This document shows positions 28,018 to 38,300 of a stretch of DNA of 64,000 nt, piece after piece. The position numbers and the translations under genes were made by a program. Positions within the stretch are counted from its first letter, which is position 1. Every line of letters begins with the position of its first letter. The notes under the pieces were generated by a model. It worked only from the letters and a program-made list of their open reading frames with translations, was not told where the DNA came from and searched no databases. Origin of the DNA: an uncultured virus (IMG/VR IMGVR_UViG_3300027820_000030) (lineage: Duplodnaviria; Heunggongvirae; Uroviricota; Caudoviricetes); IMG/VR virus record IMGVR_UViG_3300027820_000030. The stretch is one strand, 5' to 3'.

Positions 28018-29417
28018 TTAGTCTAAGTCTGGAATAACTACAAATCGAACAATATAGCCGTCGCTGCGACTAAACCATTCACCTTCTACAACTTCAAAAT
28101 TTCCATTTGTGACGGTACTTCCTGTCAGTATAAAGTTATCACCGTGGGCATGATGAAAAATATCACCATGCTTTACATCGTCGTCAGGACCTAAAACTCT
28201 AGCTTTAACTTCCGGCATCACTTCACCTCAAACTGTTCTAGATATTCATCTGGGTCAACAACAAACCGACCTTTCATCCATGCGTGATAAGCCTTAATTG
28301 CATCGACCTCAGCCTTGCTGATGGTTGGTTTGCGTTTTCTTAAATCCTCTTTCTTGACAACAAAAATATCGTTATCCTCATTGGCAACACACACAATACC
28401 ACCCCGACCTTCGTAAACAACTTTGACTAAATCTGAACTTCCGACAAGACCAAACACTTCTTCACCCTTCCTACGCTCCACCTCTGCTTCGAATTCTTCG
28501 CGGGTGCAGACTTGGTAAAAGTTGAAGCATGATTCCCAATCGGCAAGCCAACTCACCCACCCTCTGCCATAATCAAAACAGATTACGTCGCCACCCTCAT
28601 CAGGCCAAACCCCATCAAAATAATCAACCGCATCACTAACCGTTTTGCGTGGCGACTCCAAACTAACCGCATACTCAGCCAGTACGCGAATTGGTCTGTT
28701 GATTTAAAGCCCTTTGCTTTCTCGATTAACTCAGTTGGTCGTTTCATTTCTCAAGCTCCTTTAAAAGTGCGTCTGCTTTTACAACCGCTGCGCTTTCAAC
28801 CCCTTCATAGTCGCCGTTAGCTAGTAAACCCTGCATAGCCAATCCTGCAAAATACTCGCGCTTGGTTAGACCGTAATGCTGGCCATATCCACCATCGTCC
28901 ATTACTGGAATCGCCGGTTCATCTGCTTTCATTTCCCTTCCTCCATTTTCTCTAGCCGAACAGATAGAACCTGCTCGCCGTTTTTGTTTACGTATGGCCC
29001 GTCTAGCTCAAACGACTTTATGCGTCGCTTGGCTAGGTTGGGGTGTTTTTTGATTAGTTGTGAGAGGGTCATTTAACACCCCATCGCTTTCATTGCTTTG
29101 TAAGTAATGACCGCCCTATCTCCATTGCTCCAATTCTTACCAACCTCATTGATGAAACAACTTTCAAGAAAATCCCAATCCTCCAGCAATGCATCCCATT
29201 GCTTTGACTTTCCTTTTAGCTTGCCCATACCTGCTTTCAACTCTGGGATCTCATCAAGCAAAAGTAAGCACCGGTTAAAATCGGCAGGGTCGTGCGGGTG
29301 CGCGTAGCAGCATTCAATATTAATTATTGCGCAGGCCATAAATTTGCTACTCATCCCTACGCGACCATTCACAAGCCAATGTAAAACTTTTTCTCTAATT
29401 TTATTTGTTACTCTCAT
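28018..29417 (-). other. Small early hypothetical ORFs (28018-28221, 28218-28661, 28744-28932, 29073-29417)
   Basis: Common phage motifs GLTKREYFAGLAMQG and HPHDPADFNRC. Confidence 0.65.
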
Positions 29418-29455
29418 TTCATCTCTTCCTCCTCAGTTAATAATTAAATTATACG

Positions 29456-29671
29456 TCACCGTTTTGTGGTGTCGATGTCGTCTACCGCACCAGCATGCAG
29501 TTCATCGACAGGTAACCGCCCTTTTGACTTAATCCATACTTGACCGTCTTTGTCGATACAGTCGCCGCGCTTAATCCAGTTGTGCAACTGCGTTTCCGTT
29601 CGACCTGTCGCCTTAGCTGCTGCGTATACGCTGCCGTAAGCTTGTTTGATGTGTTGTGATAGTGGTTTCAT
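29456..29671 (-). CDS. Small HTH DNA-binding protein
   Basis: YGSVYAAAKATGRTETQLHNWIKRG. Confidence 0.6.
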   Translation of the reverse strand: MKPLSQHIKQAYGSVYAAAKATGRTETQLHNWIKRGDCIDKDGQVWIKSKGRLPVDELHAGAVDDIDTTKR

Positions 29672-30669
29672 AATTCATACCCATTGCAACTTTCAGAGCA
29701 GCCATCATAAGCAGGCTCCGCCCCTATCATCTTTCTTAAAGACCAAGCATCAAACATTTTTGAATCCCCGATTAACATATCAACTGTTCTATTTCCTCTG
29801 AAAAATCTTCTCTCACCTCCTGGGGCTTTCGTTGTTTTATACTCCTCTTCAAACCACTTGAAAGCCTCAAATCTATCTTCATTCTCTTTTGCTAATAGGA
29901 ATAATTTTTTATCCGATTTCTTCCAGCATGTAGCGCAATTCCCTTCGTGCTCCTCAAGCTCCAAAGTAAAAGGCTGAGACTCCCAGAAAAAATTAACATC
30001 CTCTTTCGTCATGGGAAACCAGTCGCACATAGGGAAAACAAGGTTGTATTTATTTAATTTTTCGCTGTACTTATTCAACTTTTTTAGTTGATTCTCTGTA
30101 AGTATTTCAATCTTTGGATTGTCGAACAGATGCCTCATTCTTTCTACACCTGAGTTTCTAAAATGCATATCATCAACACCAACCAAAGAAAGAATTGACG
30201 CAACCTCATTGCTACATGCTCTTTTCTTCTCATCAACCCTGAAGCCAAGCGCTTGTTTTGCATTCGTTAAACCTGAACTCTTCCTATAGCTCTCTATGAC
30301 ATGTTCTTTTAGTCTGTCTGAGCATTGAGGGTAAGATCTGTTTGGGATTCCATTTTTTCTAACATGGGCATGAAATGGATGATTTGGGTCTTTGTACTGA
30401 TTAATCCTGTAAGCATTTTCAAAGTTCGTAACTCTATGCGTATTCCCCTTTCCTTTTGGGTTAACTACAGCCTCAAGCCACACTACATTCAATCCAAAAT
30501 GCTTATCGCACCTATCAATAAAACTAAGTGTCTCTTCGTTCTCCATTTCTGTGTTAGCAAAAACGCAAATTTGCTCATCATATTCCGACCATTTTGGATC
30601 TGTTTTAATTATTATCGCTTGGGCCATGGATGATTTTCCGCCGCTGGTGTTCGTTATTATTACTGACAT
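29668..30669 (-). CDS. PAPS-reductase-like (PP-loop) protein
   Basis: SGGKSS, FANT..E..ETL.F, GNCATCWKKS and terminal CSESC. Confidence 0.8.
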   Translation of the reverse strand: MSVIITNTSGGKSSMAQAIIIKTDPKWSEYDEQICVFANTEMENEETLSFIDRCDKHFGLNVVWLEAVVNPKGKGNTHRVTNFENAYRINQYKDPNHPFHAHVRKNGIPNRSYPQCSDRLKEHVIESYRKSSGLTNAKQALGFRVDEKKRACSNEVASILSLVGVDDMHFRNSGVERMRHLFDNPKIEILTENQLKKLNKYSEKLNKYNLVFPMCDWFPMTKEDVNFFWESQPFTLELEEHEGNCATCWKKSDKKLFLLAKENEDRFEAFKWFEEEYKTTKAPGGERRFFRGNRTVDMLIGDSKMFDAWSLRKMIGAEPAYDGCSESCNGYEL

Positions 30670-30695
30670 ATCTTTTCCTACTCAGCGCTAGCGAC

Positions 30696-30866
30696 CTAAG
30701 CCGCACCACCAAAAATATCAACCATATTCTTCATTGCCTCTTTCATTGCGAACTTACTGCATGGCCATGGGGCCGTTGAGCCGTTGCATGTTACAACCCA
30801 GTAAGCACCAGAATCTTTATATGCAGTAACCTTTACGCCGTTGATTTGTTTTGTGTAAGTTTTCAT
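30696..30866 (-). CDS. Small hypothetical protein
   Basis: GAGGAG RBS, upstream promoter. Confidence 0.6.
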   Translation of the reverse strand: MKTYTKQINGVKVTAYKDSGAYWVVTCNGSTAPWPCSKFAMKEAMKNMVDIFGGAA

Positions 30867-30895
30867 TTTGCTTATCTCCTCTAGTTGATGATTCA

Positions 30896-30960
30896 AGTAT
30901 GCCCTAATGAATTTCGTTTGCAAGTACTTTTCGTTATTATTTTATCTGGTCGTACCACTT
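30896..30960 (-). promoter_or_regulatory. Promoter TTGCAA-16-CATACT with AT-rich upstream element and FadR-like operator AAGTGGTACGACCAGAT
   Basis: Operator at 30944-30960. Confidence 0.6.
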
Positions 30961-31089
30961 CACACTCACACCCTGGAAACCGTTCCCGCAAACTCTGCTC
31001 GATGTCGTCGGCATCGGATAGCATGGCGAATTGGTATTTTTTGCCTTTGTAGGTCAGTTTTATTTGGTAGGGTTTCATTTTTAGCCTCG

Positions 31090-31480
31090 TGTAACAGTTT
31101 TATTTGTTTAATATCAATAGTTTACGTCATAAAAACGCCGATTGTAACAGTGTGTAACACCTTCTGTTACAGCTACAAGCCGCGCCACATAAGGGATATG
31201 GCGTAATCCGTAACAATGTAACAATATATAGATAAAGAGTAACTTTTATTATATATGGCATAATATATAGAAATGGGCTATTTATTATATATAGTGTCTA
31301 TATTTTTGAAAAACTGTTACATCGTTACAAAATGACATAAATAATTGATTTATAAAGTAACAGCAAGCGTAACAAAGCGTAACAAAAAACAAAAAGTGTT
31401 ACGGTATATAAGAAAGCCCGCATATAAGCGGGCCCTTTAAGTGTTACATCGTAACGGTTACTCAGTAAAAGCGTAACAAG
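31090..31480. repeat. Probable replication origin with about 17 GTAAC/GTTAC iterons and AT-rich core
   Basis: Counted by eye; directly downstream of the primase-helicase gene. Confidence 0.65.
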
Positions 31481-34109
31481 GTAGAACGGTAAATCTCGTC
31501 GGGCTTCCTGCAAATCTAACGACACCTTGGCCTTTTTTTGCGCCATCGATACGCTGCAGAATTCGAGACCAGTTACCTTGCCATGGCGTGTTATAAAGGC
31601 TGTGCTCAATCTCGTTGTGACTGTTACTTATAAGCACGGTGTCTCGCTCAACCTTAACGCCAAACCTTGGCAGTACATCCTTGGCCATACCGCTAGTAAT
31701 CGATGTCGTGTCACTACCAAGCGCAGTGTTAATTAACTCACCAATCGACCTTGTAATAGGACCATTAATTCCATCAATGCGAACTTGGCGCTGCATGATA
31801 CGACTTAGGCAATTCTCCTCGTCACTTACCTGCTCAGCCTCTTGCGCCTCATCAAGGTTTAATTGGTCCACTATTGCTCGAGCCTCATCGATTGAGAATA
31901 TCTCATCATCTATCAGGGCCCAATAACCAGCCAGAAGCGTTCCAACCTGGTCACCGATACGCTGCGAGCCCATTTTCATAGCTACTGCAGTGCTGAACGT
32001 TTTAGCGTTCTCGCGTATAACTGGAATCATGTGATAGGCTCGGGCCCTGATAGACTTGCAGAAGTCATCGCTTAGCGTGTCCATTACCTTTGCTTCAAAT
32101 GCTCTAAACTTCTCTATAGATTCACTTGTCTTTTCTGGTTTATTCAATGATACAACCGTGAACCGAGACTCGTCGGCGGCTTGTTTTAAACCCACGTTAA
32201 TCGAGCCCATCAGAAACATTGACCGCATTCTAAAAGACATGCCGGCTCCATTAGCTGTGCCTTTCATTATCTCAGCGCCACCATCGAAGCTTGATTGTCT
32301 GGCCAGCTCAATAACAGACTGAATGCGCCCCATGGCTTGCTGGTTTTCGCTCTCCGCCTCATCAAACATTACTGGTCTTGCGTCGAATTGAACCTTTTGC
32401 CTTATACCTGCCTCAGTGGTGCCGCCCTGGCAGTAAATCATCATCCGGCCTACTAACTTGTCTATAATGTTTTCTTGCGCCCATGACTTACCCGCCCCAC
32501 GCTGCGCAGTAATCCACAGGTGCGGACGCCACGACAGCGCACCACAGATAGGTGCTAATGCTACCCAGCCCATGGTGAACATGGCGTGCTCAGGTCTAAC
32601 CCAGTTAAGCCCTTCGAATATGCCTGCTAACTCTTTCCCGTCGTCACTACTAGCCGGCACCGCGTCGAAACCGTTTTCAAAAGCAGATTGCCGTGCGTAG
32701 ATGTAACGCCCTCTGTACTCAGTTAGACCGGTGCGCTGGTTGTCTATCATGAGTCTGTCACCCAAATGCAACACGCTCCTTCCGTCGTCGTACCAAGCCC
32801 CGCGCCCTCTCTGGTTGCTAGGGTCGTACACGCCGGCTTGCTCGCACCACCGGTTTACGGCGTCATAGCATGCGTCCCAGTCTATGCCGTTCTTGGTGGG
32901 GAACATTGACTCCCACCACGTAAGCGGGCTCAACTGTAGCAGATGCTGTTTGCGTAGCGAGCCCAGCGACAGCCTGGTTACCTGTTCGGTACGCTTTGGC
33001 AGGAAGTAGCCATTACCGTCGTTAAACCCTAGCGTGATGAAGTCGAACGTCGCCTCTTCTGGCTCGGGCGCTGCGGTGGCCGGAGCTTTTTCACGCTCTT
33101 GCTTCGGCTTGGTCTCTGCTGGTGGGGTCTCTTGTCGTTGCTGCTTGAGCTCTATCCCCAACTCAGCGGCAGCGGCCTTGAACGCAGCTGATCGATCGTT
33201 TCCATGTTCGTAGTAGCAGAACAGGTCGTAGCTGTTGACGGGGTGCCCGCTTTCGCCGCTGTCTAATGGGTCGCTTGCGTGGTGAATCCAGCAGGTGTCG
33301 TTGTCTAGGATGTGGACGCCAGGTAGTCCTGTCCCGCTATGCGGGCTAAGGTAGCGCCTGCCCTTCTTAGTGTAACCGTATCGCTCTAGTTGCTGCAGTA
33401 ACGGGTTAGCACGCTTGTACGCCTCGACCACCTCGTTAGCCTTGTCTCCTCCATTGGAAGCCTTAGTTTTAGCAGGTTTTGGCCTCTGCTCAGGTTGAGC
33501 CCAAGGGCACGCGTCACGTAGCTGAGGCTTGAACGAGTCCCATGCAGTCCAGATAGATATTAGCCACGCCGGCGGTGTTGGCCAATCTCCCTGTTTTGGT
33601 GGCTGCACTATCCATTTGTACGGCTCTTGGGTCTCAGGGTGAATGCTTGGCGGTAGTACGTCGAAACGCTGCTTGCCTTCGCTGCTGGCTCTTAGCTCGA
33701 ACACGGTGTAGTGCTTTTTGGGGTTGTCCTCTAGTGGCCAATTCACTTTACAGTAATTAAGCGCCTGGTCGTCTGGCACACGAAACAACAGACGCAAACC
33801 TTTGCTTGCGCCTTGTATGGTCGGGTATTTATTCAGTTCTTCAAGCGGTATCCCAAACTCGTCCAATATGACCTTGAACGACTCCATGCAATCTATATCT
33901 AGACTGCACATACGAGACTGTCCTAGTTCCAAACCTATGTTATGGTTTGGGTGGCTGGCAAAGTAGTCTGGCGCGTTTCCGTTCAGTGTGTTGTTGCCCC
34001 AGTCCTTTTCGATTGGGAGCTTGCTTCGCTCTTGTAGTGGTATTAGAGCGAATTTGTACTTGTTTGCGTAACGTTCAGCGTACCAACTTATCGGTTTAGA
34101 TGCTGCCAT
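31458..34109 (-). CDS. Bifunctional primase/polymerase fused to P-loop helicase
   Basis: SKLP..W, NIGL, LDID, DVLPPSIHPET..PYKW; QRGAGKS and MFDEAE. Confidence 0.88.
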   Translation of the reverse strand: MAASKPISWYAERYANKYKFALIPLQERSKLPIEKDWGNNTLNGNAPDYFASHPNHNIGLELGQSRMCSLDIDCMESFKVILDEFGIPLEELNKYPTIQGASKGLRLLFRVPDDQALNYCKVNWPLEDNPKKHYTVFELRASSEGKQRFDVLPPSIHPETQEPYKWIVQPPKQGDWPTPPAWLISIWTAWDSFKPQLRDACPWAQPEQRPKPAKTKASNGGDKANEVVEAYKRANPLLQQLERYGYTKKGRRYLSPHSGTGLPGVHILDNDTCWIHHASDPLDSGESGHPVNSYDLFCYYEHGNDRSAAFKAAAAELGIELKQQRQETPPAETKPKQEREKAPATAAPEPEEATFDFITLGFNDGNGYFLPKRTEQVTRLSLGSLRKQHLLQLSPLTWWESMFPTKNGIDWDACYDAVNRWCEQAGVYDPSNQRGRGAWYDDGRSVLHLGDRLMIDNQRTGLTEYRGRYIYARQSAFENGFDAVPASSDDGKELAGIFEGLNWVRPEHAMFTMGWVALAPICGALSWRPHLWITAQRGAGKSWAQENIIDKLVGRMMIYCQGGTTEAGIRQKVQFDARPVMFDEAESENQQAMGRIQSVIELARQSSFDGGAEIMKGTANGAGMSFRMRSMFLMGSINVGLKQAADESRFTVVSLNKPEKTSESIEKFRAFEAKVMDTLSDDFCKSIRARAYHMIPVIRENAKTFSTAVAMKMGSQRIGDQVGTLLAGYWALIDDEIFSIDEARAIVDQLNLDEAQEAEQVSDEENCLSRIMQRQVRIDGINGPITRSIGELINTALGSDTTSITSGMAKDVLPRFGVKVERDTVLISNSHNEIEHSLYNTPWQGNWSRILQRIDGAKKGQGVVRFAGSPTRFTVLPCYAFTE

Positions 34110-34326
34110 CGAACAGACCTCCCTGCCATGAATCATCAGTCGTGTCTTGAAATTCGTGGATCTGGTATCCGGTTGGTATTTCGCTATGCTTGATGAATGG
34201 TCGATAGCCGTGCCGCTTGTGTTTTACTACATCGCCACACAACTTGCACTGAATGCAGTAATGCTGCGTGCCGTTTTCGAATGTTCGGCGGGCATATCTC
34301 ATGCCGCCAATGTGGTTGCATTTCAT
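34096..34326 (-). CDS. Small zinc-ribbon protein
   Basis: CNH...QCKLCG. Confidence 0.6.
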   Translation of the reverse strand: MKCNHIGGMRYARRTFENGTQHYCIQCKLCGDVVKHKRHGYRPFIKHSEIPTGYQIHEFQDTTDDSWQGGLFDGSI

Positions 34327-34369
34327 GGTTTACCTCGTAAGGTTGTGGGACGCATCCCGTTGTTAGCGC

Positions 34370-34723
34370 TTATGCGCGGGTTAATAAATCTACAGCATCT
34401 TGAGGGCTTCGCGCAATACCTGCTATCCCTCCATGTTTGTTTACGTGCTCTATAAATTGAATCTGTTCCTTGCTGGCCCTGCCTTTAGGGGCCTTTACTT
34501 CTATAGCAAAAAACTTCCCTTTATTGGTTATTCCAATCAAATCAGCGGAACCATTGCATAGCCCGCAAGGTATCATTTGTGCGTTTGCTAGCGTCACTGT
34601 TCGGTTGTCCTTGTGTATTACTTGGCCGGTCCAGAATGAGCCTGTTTCATTGCGCCATACGGTGTGACCCAGTTGGCTAATTGCGATCATGATGTTGCGC
34701 TGTATCTTGGTCTCTAAGTTCAT
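34370..34723 (-). CDS. VRR-NUC nuclease
   Basis: GSADLIG..FFAIEVKAPKGRASKEQ. Confidence 0.9.
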   Translation of the reverse strand: MNLETKIQRNIMIAISQLGHTVWRNETGSFWTGQVIHKDNRTVTLANAQMIPCGLCNGSADLIGITNKGKFFAIEVKAPKGRASKEQIQFIEHVNKHGGIAGIARSPQDAVDLLTRA

Positions 34724-36192
34724 AAACTAGCCTCTATTCTCTTAGCTTCTGCGTAGTCTTTTGGTCCAGGCTTCTTGCCTCCTCTGGCCATATAAACGTT
34801 GACTGCCCACCCACTGGCATTCTTCATGCCGCGCCGCTTGCCAAGCGCTATCAAGTCACGCAATCCGTTTGCCTGCCCCTGCTCCTGTCGGGCTCGTTTT
34901 CGCTCTGCCTGTACCGCTGCCATATCTACTTGCTCTAGCTCGCCCTCAACCTCGTTTAACTTGCGCTCTTTCTTCTCTACCGGAGCTCCGCACATTGGGC
35001 ATGCGTCAACACCAGACTTGAACACCGCGTAACACTGCCCGCACTGAGACACATTTACGTCTGGCTCGTCGTCTTTCTTTTTGCGTCTTTTTGGTTCATC
35101 TCCTGATAAAGACCATTCACGTTTTTCACACGGCAAACCATGTTTAACTATACATCCTGCATGGTCAAGTATGACAGCCGGGTTAGGCTTCTTACGCATA
35201 GCCCTGAACACCATCTGCAGGTATCGCGCAACAGACTGTGTAGGCCTAAGCAGTATGCAGCATTCAAGTGTACAGTCTCTGCCCACCTGCGCGGACAAAT
35301 CGAAACCCTCTATAACTAGTTCGCAATTACATAAGACCTTGTAGCGACCGTCAGCCAGCCCCATACAGGCATCTTTTATTTCGCCCTCCGTGCTTGTTCC
35401 GTCCACGTGTATAGCCGGCACGCCTGAATCATTGAAAGCTTGTGCAGTTTGCTTGCTGTGCTTAACGTTTACGCAATAACAGACTGTGCGCAGACCGTTA
35501 GCCAATTTTTTCCAGTGACTAACCGCGTCGCCTACAATTGATGGTTTAGACATAGCGCCGGCTAACTGGTCTTTGTTGTAGTCACCGCCGGCGTTTTTAA
35601 CGTCTGACAGGTCAGGGCTAACTGGGGTTGTGTAGGCGACGTAATTGGAAAGCCTACGTTGCTTTATAAGCCATGCAGTTGACTTAGCCTCTATCATTTC
35701 GTCAAATAAGTCACCTAGCGCTTTACCGTCAAGACGCTTAGGCGTTCCGGTTAGCCCTATAACCAAAGCGCCATTGTCGCGAGCCCAATTAATGACGGTC
35801 TCGAACATGTTGCCTTTAGCCAGATGCGCCTCGTCTATAAACATGATTCGAGGCGGTGCCAGTCTCTCAAGCCTGCTGTAAACAGTACCGATGGTGCCAA
35901 TCTGGACGGGTAGCTTTGATTGACGACGTCCACTAGTGATTAGGCCGTGTTCAATCTTGGCAGACCAGAAAGACTTATCGGTCTGACGTAGCAGGTTCTT
36001 TCTGTGAACCAAAAACCAAACGCTTGTATGCGGGTTTTTAGCTTGTGCCTCTTGCGTGATGTAGCCTGCAACCACGGTTTTCCCGAATGCTGGGCTGGCC
36101 ACGCCCAAAACAGATTTACACCCTTTGGCCACTGCCGCGCGTAAGTTGTGCACGAATTCAGCCTGGTCCTCATATAGCTGGAATTGGCTCAT
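34720..36192 (-). CDS. Superfamily II DNA helicase with zinc finger
   Basis: AFGKT, IDEAH, GLTGTP, RPTQS..YLQMVFR, CGQC..CPMC. Confidence 0.92.
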   Translation of the reverse strand: MSQFQLYEDQAEFVHNLRAAVAKGCKSVLGVASPAFGKTVVAGYITQEAQAKNPHTSVWFLVHRKNLLRQTDKSFWSAKIEHGLITSGRRQSKLPVQIGTIGTVYSRLERLAPPRIMFIDEAHLAKGNMFETVINWARDNGALVIGLTGTPKRLDGKALGDLFDEMIEAKSTAWLIKQRRLSNYVAYTTPVSPDLSDVKNAGGDYNKDQLAGAMSKPSIVGDAVSHWKKLANGLRTVCYCVNVKHSKQTAQAFNDSGVPAIHVDGTSTEGEIKDACMGLADGRYKVLCNCELVIEGFDLSAQVGRDCTLECCILLRPTQSVARYLQMVFRAMRKKPNPAVILDHAGCIVKHGLPCEKREWSLSGDEPKRRKKKDDEPDVNVSQCGQCYAVFKSGVDACPMCGAPVEKKERKLNEVEGELEQVDMAAVQAERKRARQEQGQANGLRDLIALGKRRGMKNASGWAVNVYMARGGKKPGPKDYAEAKRIEASL

Positions 36193-36362
36193 TGGTTGGC
36201 CTCCAGGTAGTCAGACAGCTTTTTTACTGTGACGTAACTAGGGTTAGGCGCCTTGCCTGTTTTCACTGCAGATATAAACTGCCGCGTCATTCCTACAGAC
36301 TTGGCAACAGCGCTTATATTGCGGTCACTTAGTCTCTGTTTTATTTCATCTAGTGTAAGCAT
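36189..36362 (-). CDS. Cro-like HTH protein, 57 aa (not in ORF track)
   Basis: MLTLDEIKQRLSDRNISAVAKSVGMTRQFISAVKTGKAPNPSYVTVKKLSDYL; coupled to helicase. Confidence 0.8.
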   Translation of the reverse strand: MLTLDEIKQRLSDRNISAVAKSVGMTRQFISAVKTGKAPNPSYVTVKKLSDYLEANQ

Positions 36363-36387
36363 TGTTTAACCTTTTTGTTATTAGGTG

Positions 36388-36421
36388 TTGACACAATAAA
36401 CCATAAAGCATAGGATTACAA
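36388..36421. promoter_or_regulatory. Overlapping divergent sigma70 promoters
   Basis: Plus TTGACA-17-TAGGAT; minus TTGTAA-17-TATTGT. Confidence 0.75.
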
Positions 36422-36465
36422 CCACTGGCTGACTTAGCCAGCAACAACCAAACGGGCTACAGAAC

Positions 36466-37323
36466 ATGATAGACGTTATTGATTACACCCAGCATGAGGG
36501 TGAACTGCCAGCAACATGCGCAGTTATTAACATGCCAAACAGTGCTTATCACACTCACCCGTCAATAAGCAAAAGCGGGTTAGATTTGATAAACCGCAGT
36601 ATCGCCCACTATGAGTACCGCACGCCGTTTGAACTTACGCGGCACATGGAGATAGGCACCGCAATACACGCCGCGCTTTTCGAGCACGAGCGATACAAGT
36701 CTGAGTATATTCTTTTGCCTAACGTGAAAGACCGACGAGCTAGCGAGTACAAGCAGGCTGTGAAAGCCGCAGGCACTAGCGAGTTGGTTTTAGTTGGTCA
36801 TGAGTCAGACAAGGTAAACGGCATGTACCAAAGCGTTAGCCTAAACAAAGAAGCTATGAAGCTTCTAAGCGAAGGATACCCTGAGCTGTCAGTGTTTGCC
36901 GTATGTCAAGCAACCGGATTGCATCTTCGCTGCCGTTTCGACTTCCTAACGCGCGGCGGAGTCGCTGTTGACCTAAAGAAAACGCAAGACGTTCGCTATG
37001 ACAAGTTCCAGCGCTCTATAGGGTCTTACCGTTATCACGTACAGGATGCGTTTTACATGTATGTAGCGGCACTTGCCGGAATCAACGTGAAAGAGTTCAA
37101 GTTTTTGGCAGTAGAAGAGCAACCGCCGCACTCCAACAAACTATACACGCTTGATGATGAAGCTAAAGCAGTGGGTCGCCGTGAATTTAACAGGGACTTA
37201 ACCGCATACGCTGAATTCAAGAAAGCCGGCGGAATTCCTGCAGGTCTTGTTCAGGAATCAGAGTTAATGAGCCTGCCAGTATGGGCGTTAGACGACGAAG
37301 CAGACGCGGAGTATCAACTATGA
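36466..37323 (+). CDS. RecE-like PD-(D/E)XK exonuclease
   Basis: ISKSGLD, GTAIHA, LRCRFD, VDLKKT, YHVQDAFY. Confidence 0.88.
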   Translation: MIDVIDYTQHEGELPATCAVINMPNSAYHTHPSISKSGLDLINRSIAHYEYRTPFELTRHMEIGTAIHAALFEHERYKSEYILLPNVKDRRASEYKQAVKAAGTSELVLVGHESDKVNGMYQSVSLNKEAMKLLSEGYPELSVFAVCQATGLHLRCRFDFLTRGGVAVDLKKTQDVRYDKFQRSIGSYRYHVQDAFYMYVAALAGINVKEFKFLAVEEQPPHSNKLYTLDDEAKAVGRREFNRDLTAYAEFKKAGGIPAGLVQESELMSLPVWALDDEADAEYQL

Positions 37324-37898
37324 ATGATTTAAGTTTCACTATTAAACCAAAGTCTGACCAGTTAAACGCAGATGACCTTATAGCTGGACCTATCACGGTT
37401 ACCGTTCAGGATGTTGTTGTTTATGAGTCCCCAGACCAGCCTGTTAGTGTTGTTATAGGTAACGGCTATCATCCTTACAAGCCTTGTAAATCTATGCGGC
37501 GATTGATGATAGCAGTGTGGGGTAAGCACGACAGCGACTGGATTGGTCAGAGTATGACGCTGTTTAACGATCCGTCTGTTACCTGGGCGGGCGCTGCAGT
37601 GGGCGGAATTCGCATCAGCCACATGACTGGCTTAACCAAGCCTTTCAGCGTTGCGCTGACTGCTACGCGAGGCAAACGCAAGCCTTACACTGTGGAGCCG
37701 TTACAGTTGCCGGCGTACCCTGCTGAGTCGTTCAACAAGAACAAATCGCAATGGGCGCAATTGATTGGTGAAGGCAAGTACACACCACAGCAAATCATTC
37801 AAGGTTGCCAGCAGAAGGGTTTGTTAACCGAAGAAATGAAAACAGAAATTTTAAACATGGCTCAACCGGAGCCGCAAACAGATGATGAGGATATGTAA
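37320..37898 (+). CDS. Putative recombination / strand-annealing protein
   Basis: KSDQLNADDL..GP family motif; between exonuclease and SSB. Confidence 0.55.
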   Translation: MNDLSFTIKPKSDQLNADDLIAGPITVTVQDVVVYESPDQPVSVVIGNGYHPYKPCKSMRRLMIAVWGKHDSDWIGQSMTLFNDPSVTWAGAAVGGIRISHMTGLTKPFSVALTATRGKRKPYTVEPLQLPAYPAESFNKNKSQWAQLIGEGKYTPQQIIQGCQQKGLLTEEMKTEILNMAQPEPQTDDEDM

Positions 37899-37900
37899 TC

Positions 37901-38209
37901 ATGGCTAAACGATTAGTAGTTAAAACAGGCGAGTACACAAACCAGCAAGGTGAGACAAAGGGCGAATACACTAAAATTGGTGTAATTTTAAATAACCAAA
38001 ACGGCGACTTTATTTTGATGGACCCGACCATCAATTTAGCTGGCGTGCTACTTAAACAGAATGCTCTAGCCGCCAAGCAAGGTAAGCAGCAAAGCGACTC
38101 TGTTATGGTCAGCGTATTCGAGGACCAACCTCAACAAAACGCACCGCAGCAACAGCCGCAAGGTGGATACCAGCAACAACCCAGCCCTAGCGGTGGCGCT
38201 CCGTTCTAA
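37901..38209 (+). CDS. Putative single-stranded DNA-binding protein
   Basis: Small beta domain, Q/P-rich tail ending PF. Confidence 0.6.
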   Translation: MAKRLVVKTGEYTNQQGETKGEYTKIGVILNNQNGDFILMDPTINLAGVLLKQNALAAKQGKQQSDSVMVSVFEDQPQQNAPQQQPQGGYQQQPSPSGGAPF

Positions 38210-38242
38210 TAAGGCAAGCCGGCTCAACAGGGCCGGCTCCAC

Positions 38243-38278
38243 TGGTCAAACCACCTTGGCGCGTAGAGATGGTATATT
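38243..38278 (+). promoter_or_regulatory. TGGTCAAACCA box + 19 bp + TATATT
   Basis: Follows a hairpin, precedes the pentapeptide gene. Confidence 0.75.
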
Positions 38279-38300
38279 GTAGGAAATGGAGGGGGATAAA

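Noticed and set aside
31325..31609. 94-aa minus-strand ORF
   Set aside because: Overlaps the primase-helicase end, a terminator hairpin and the iteron region; no clear RBS
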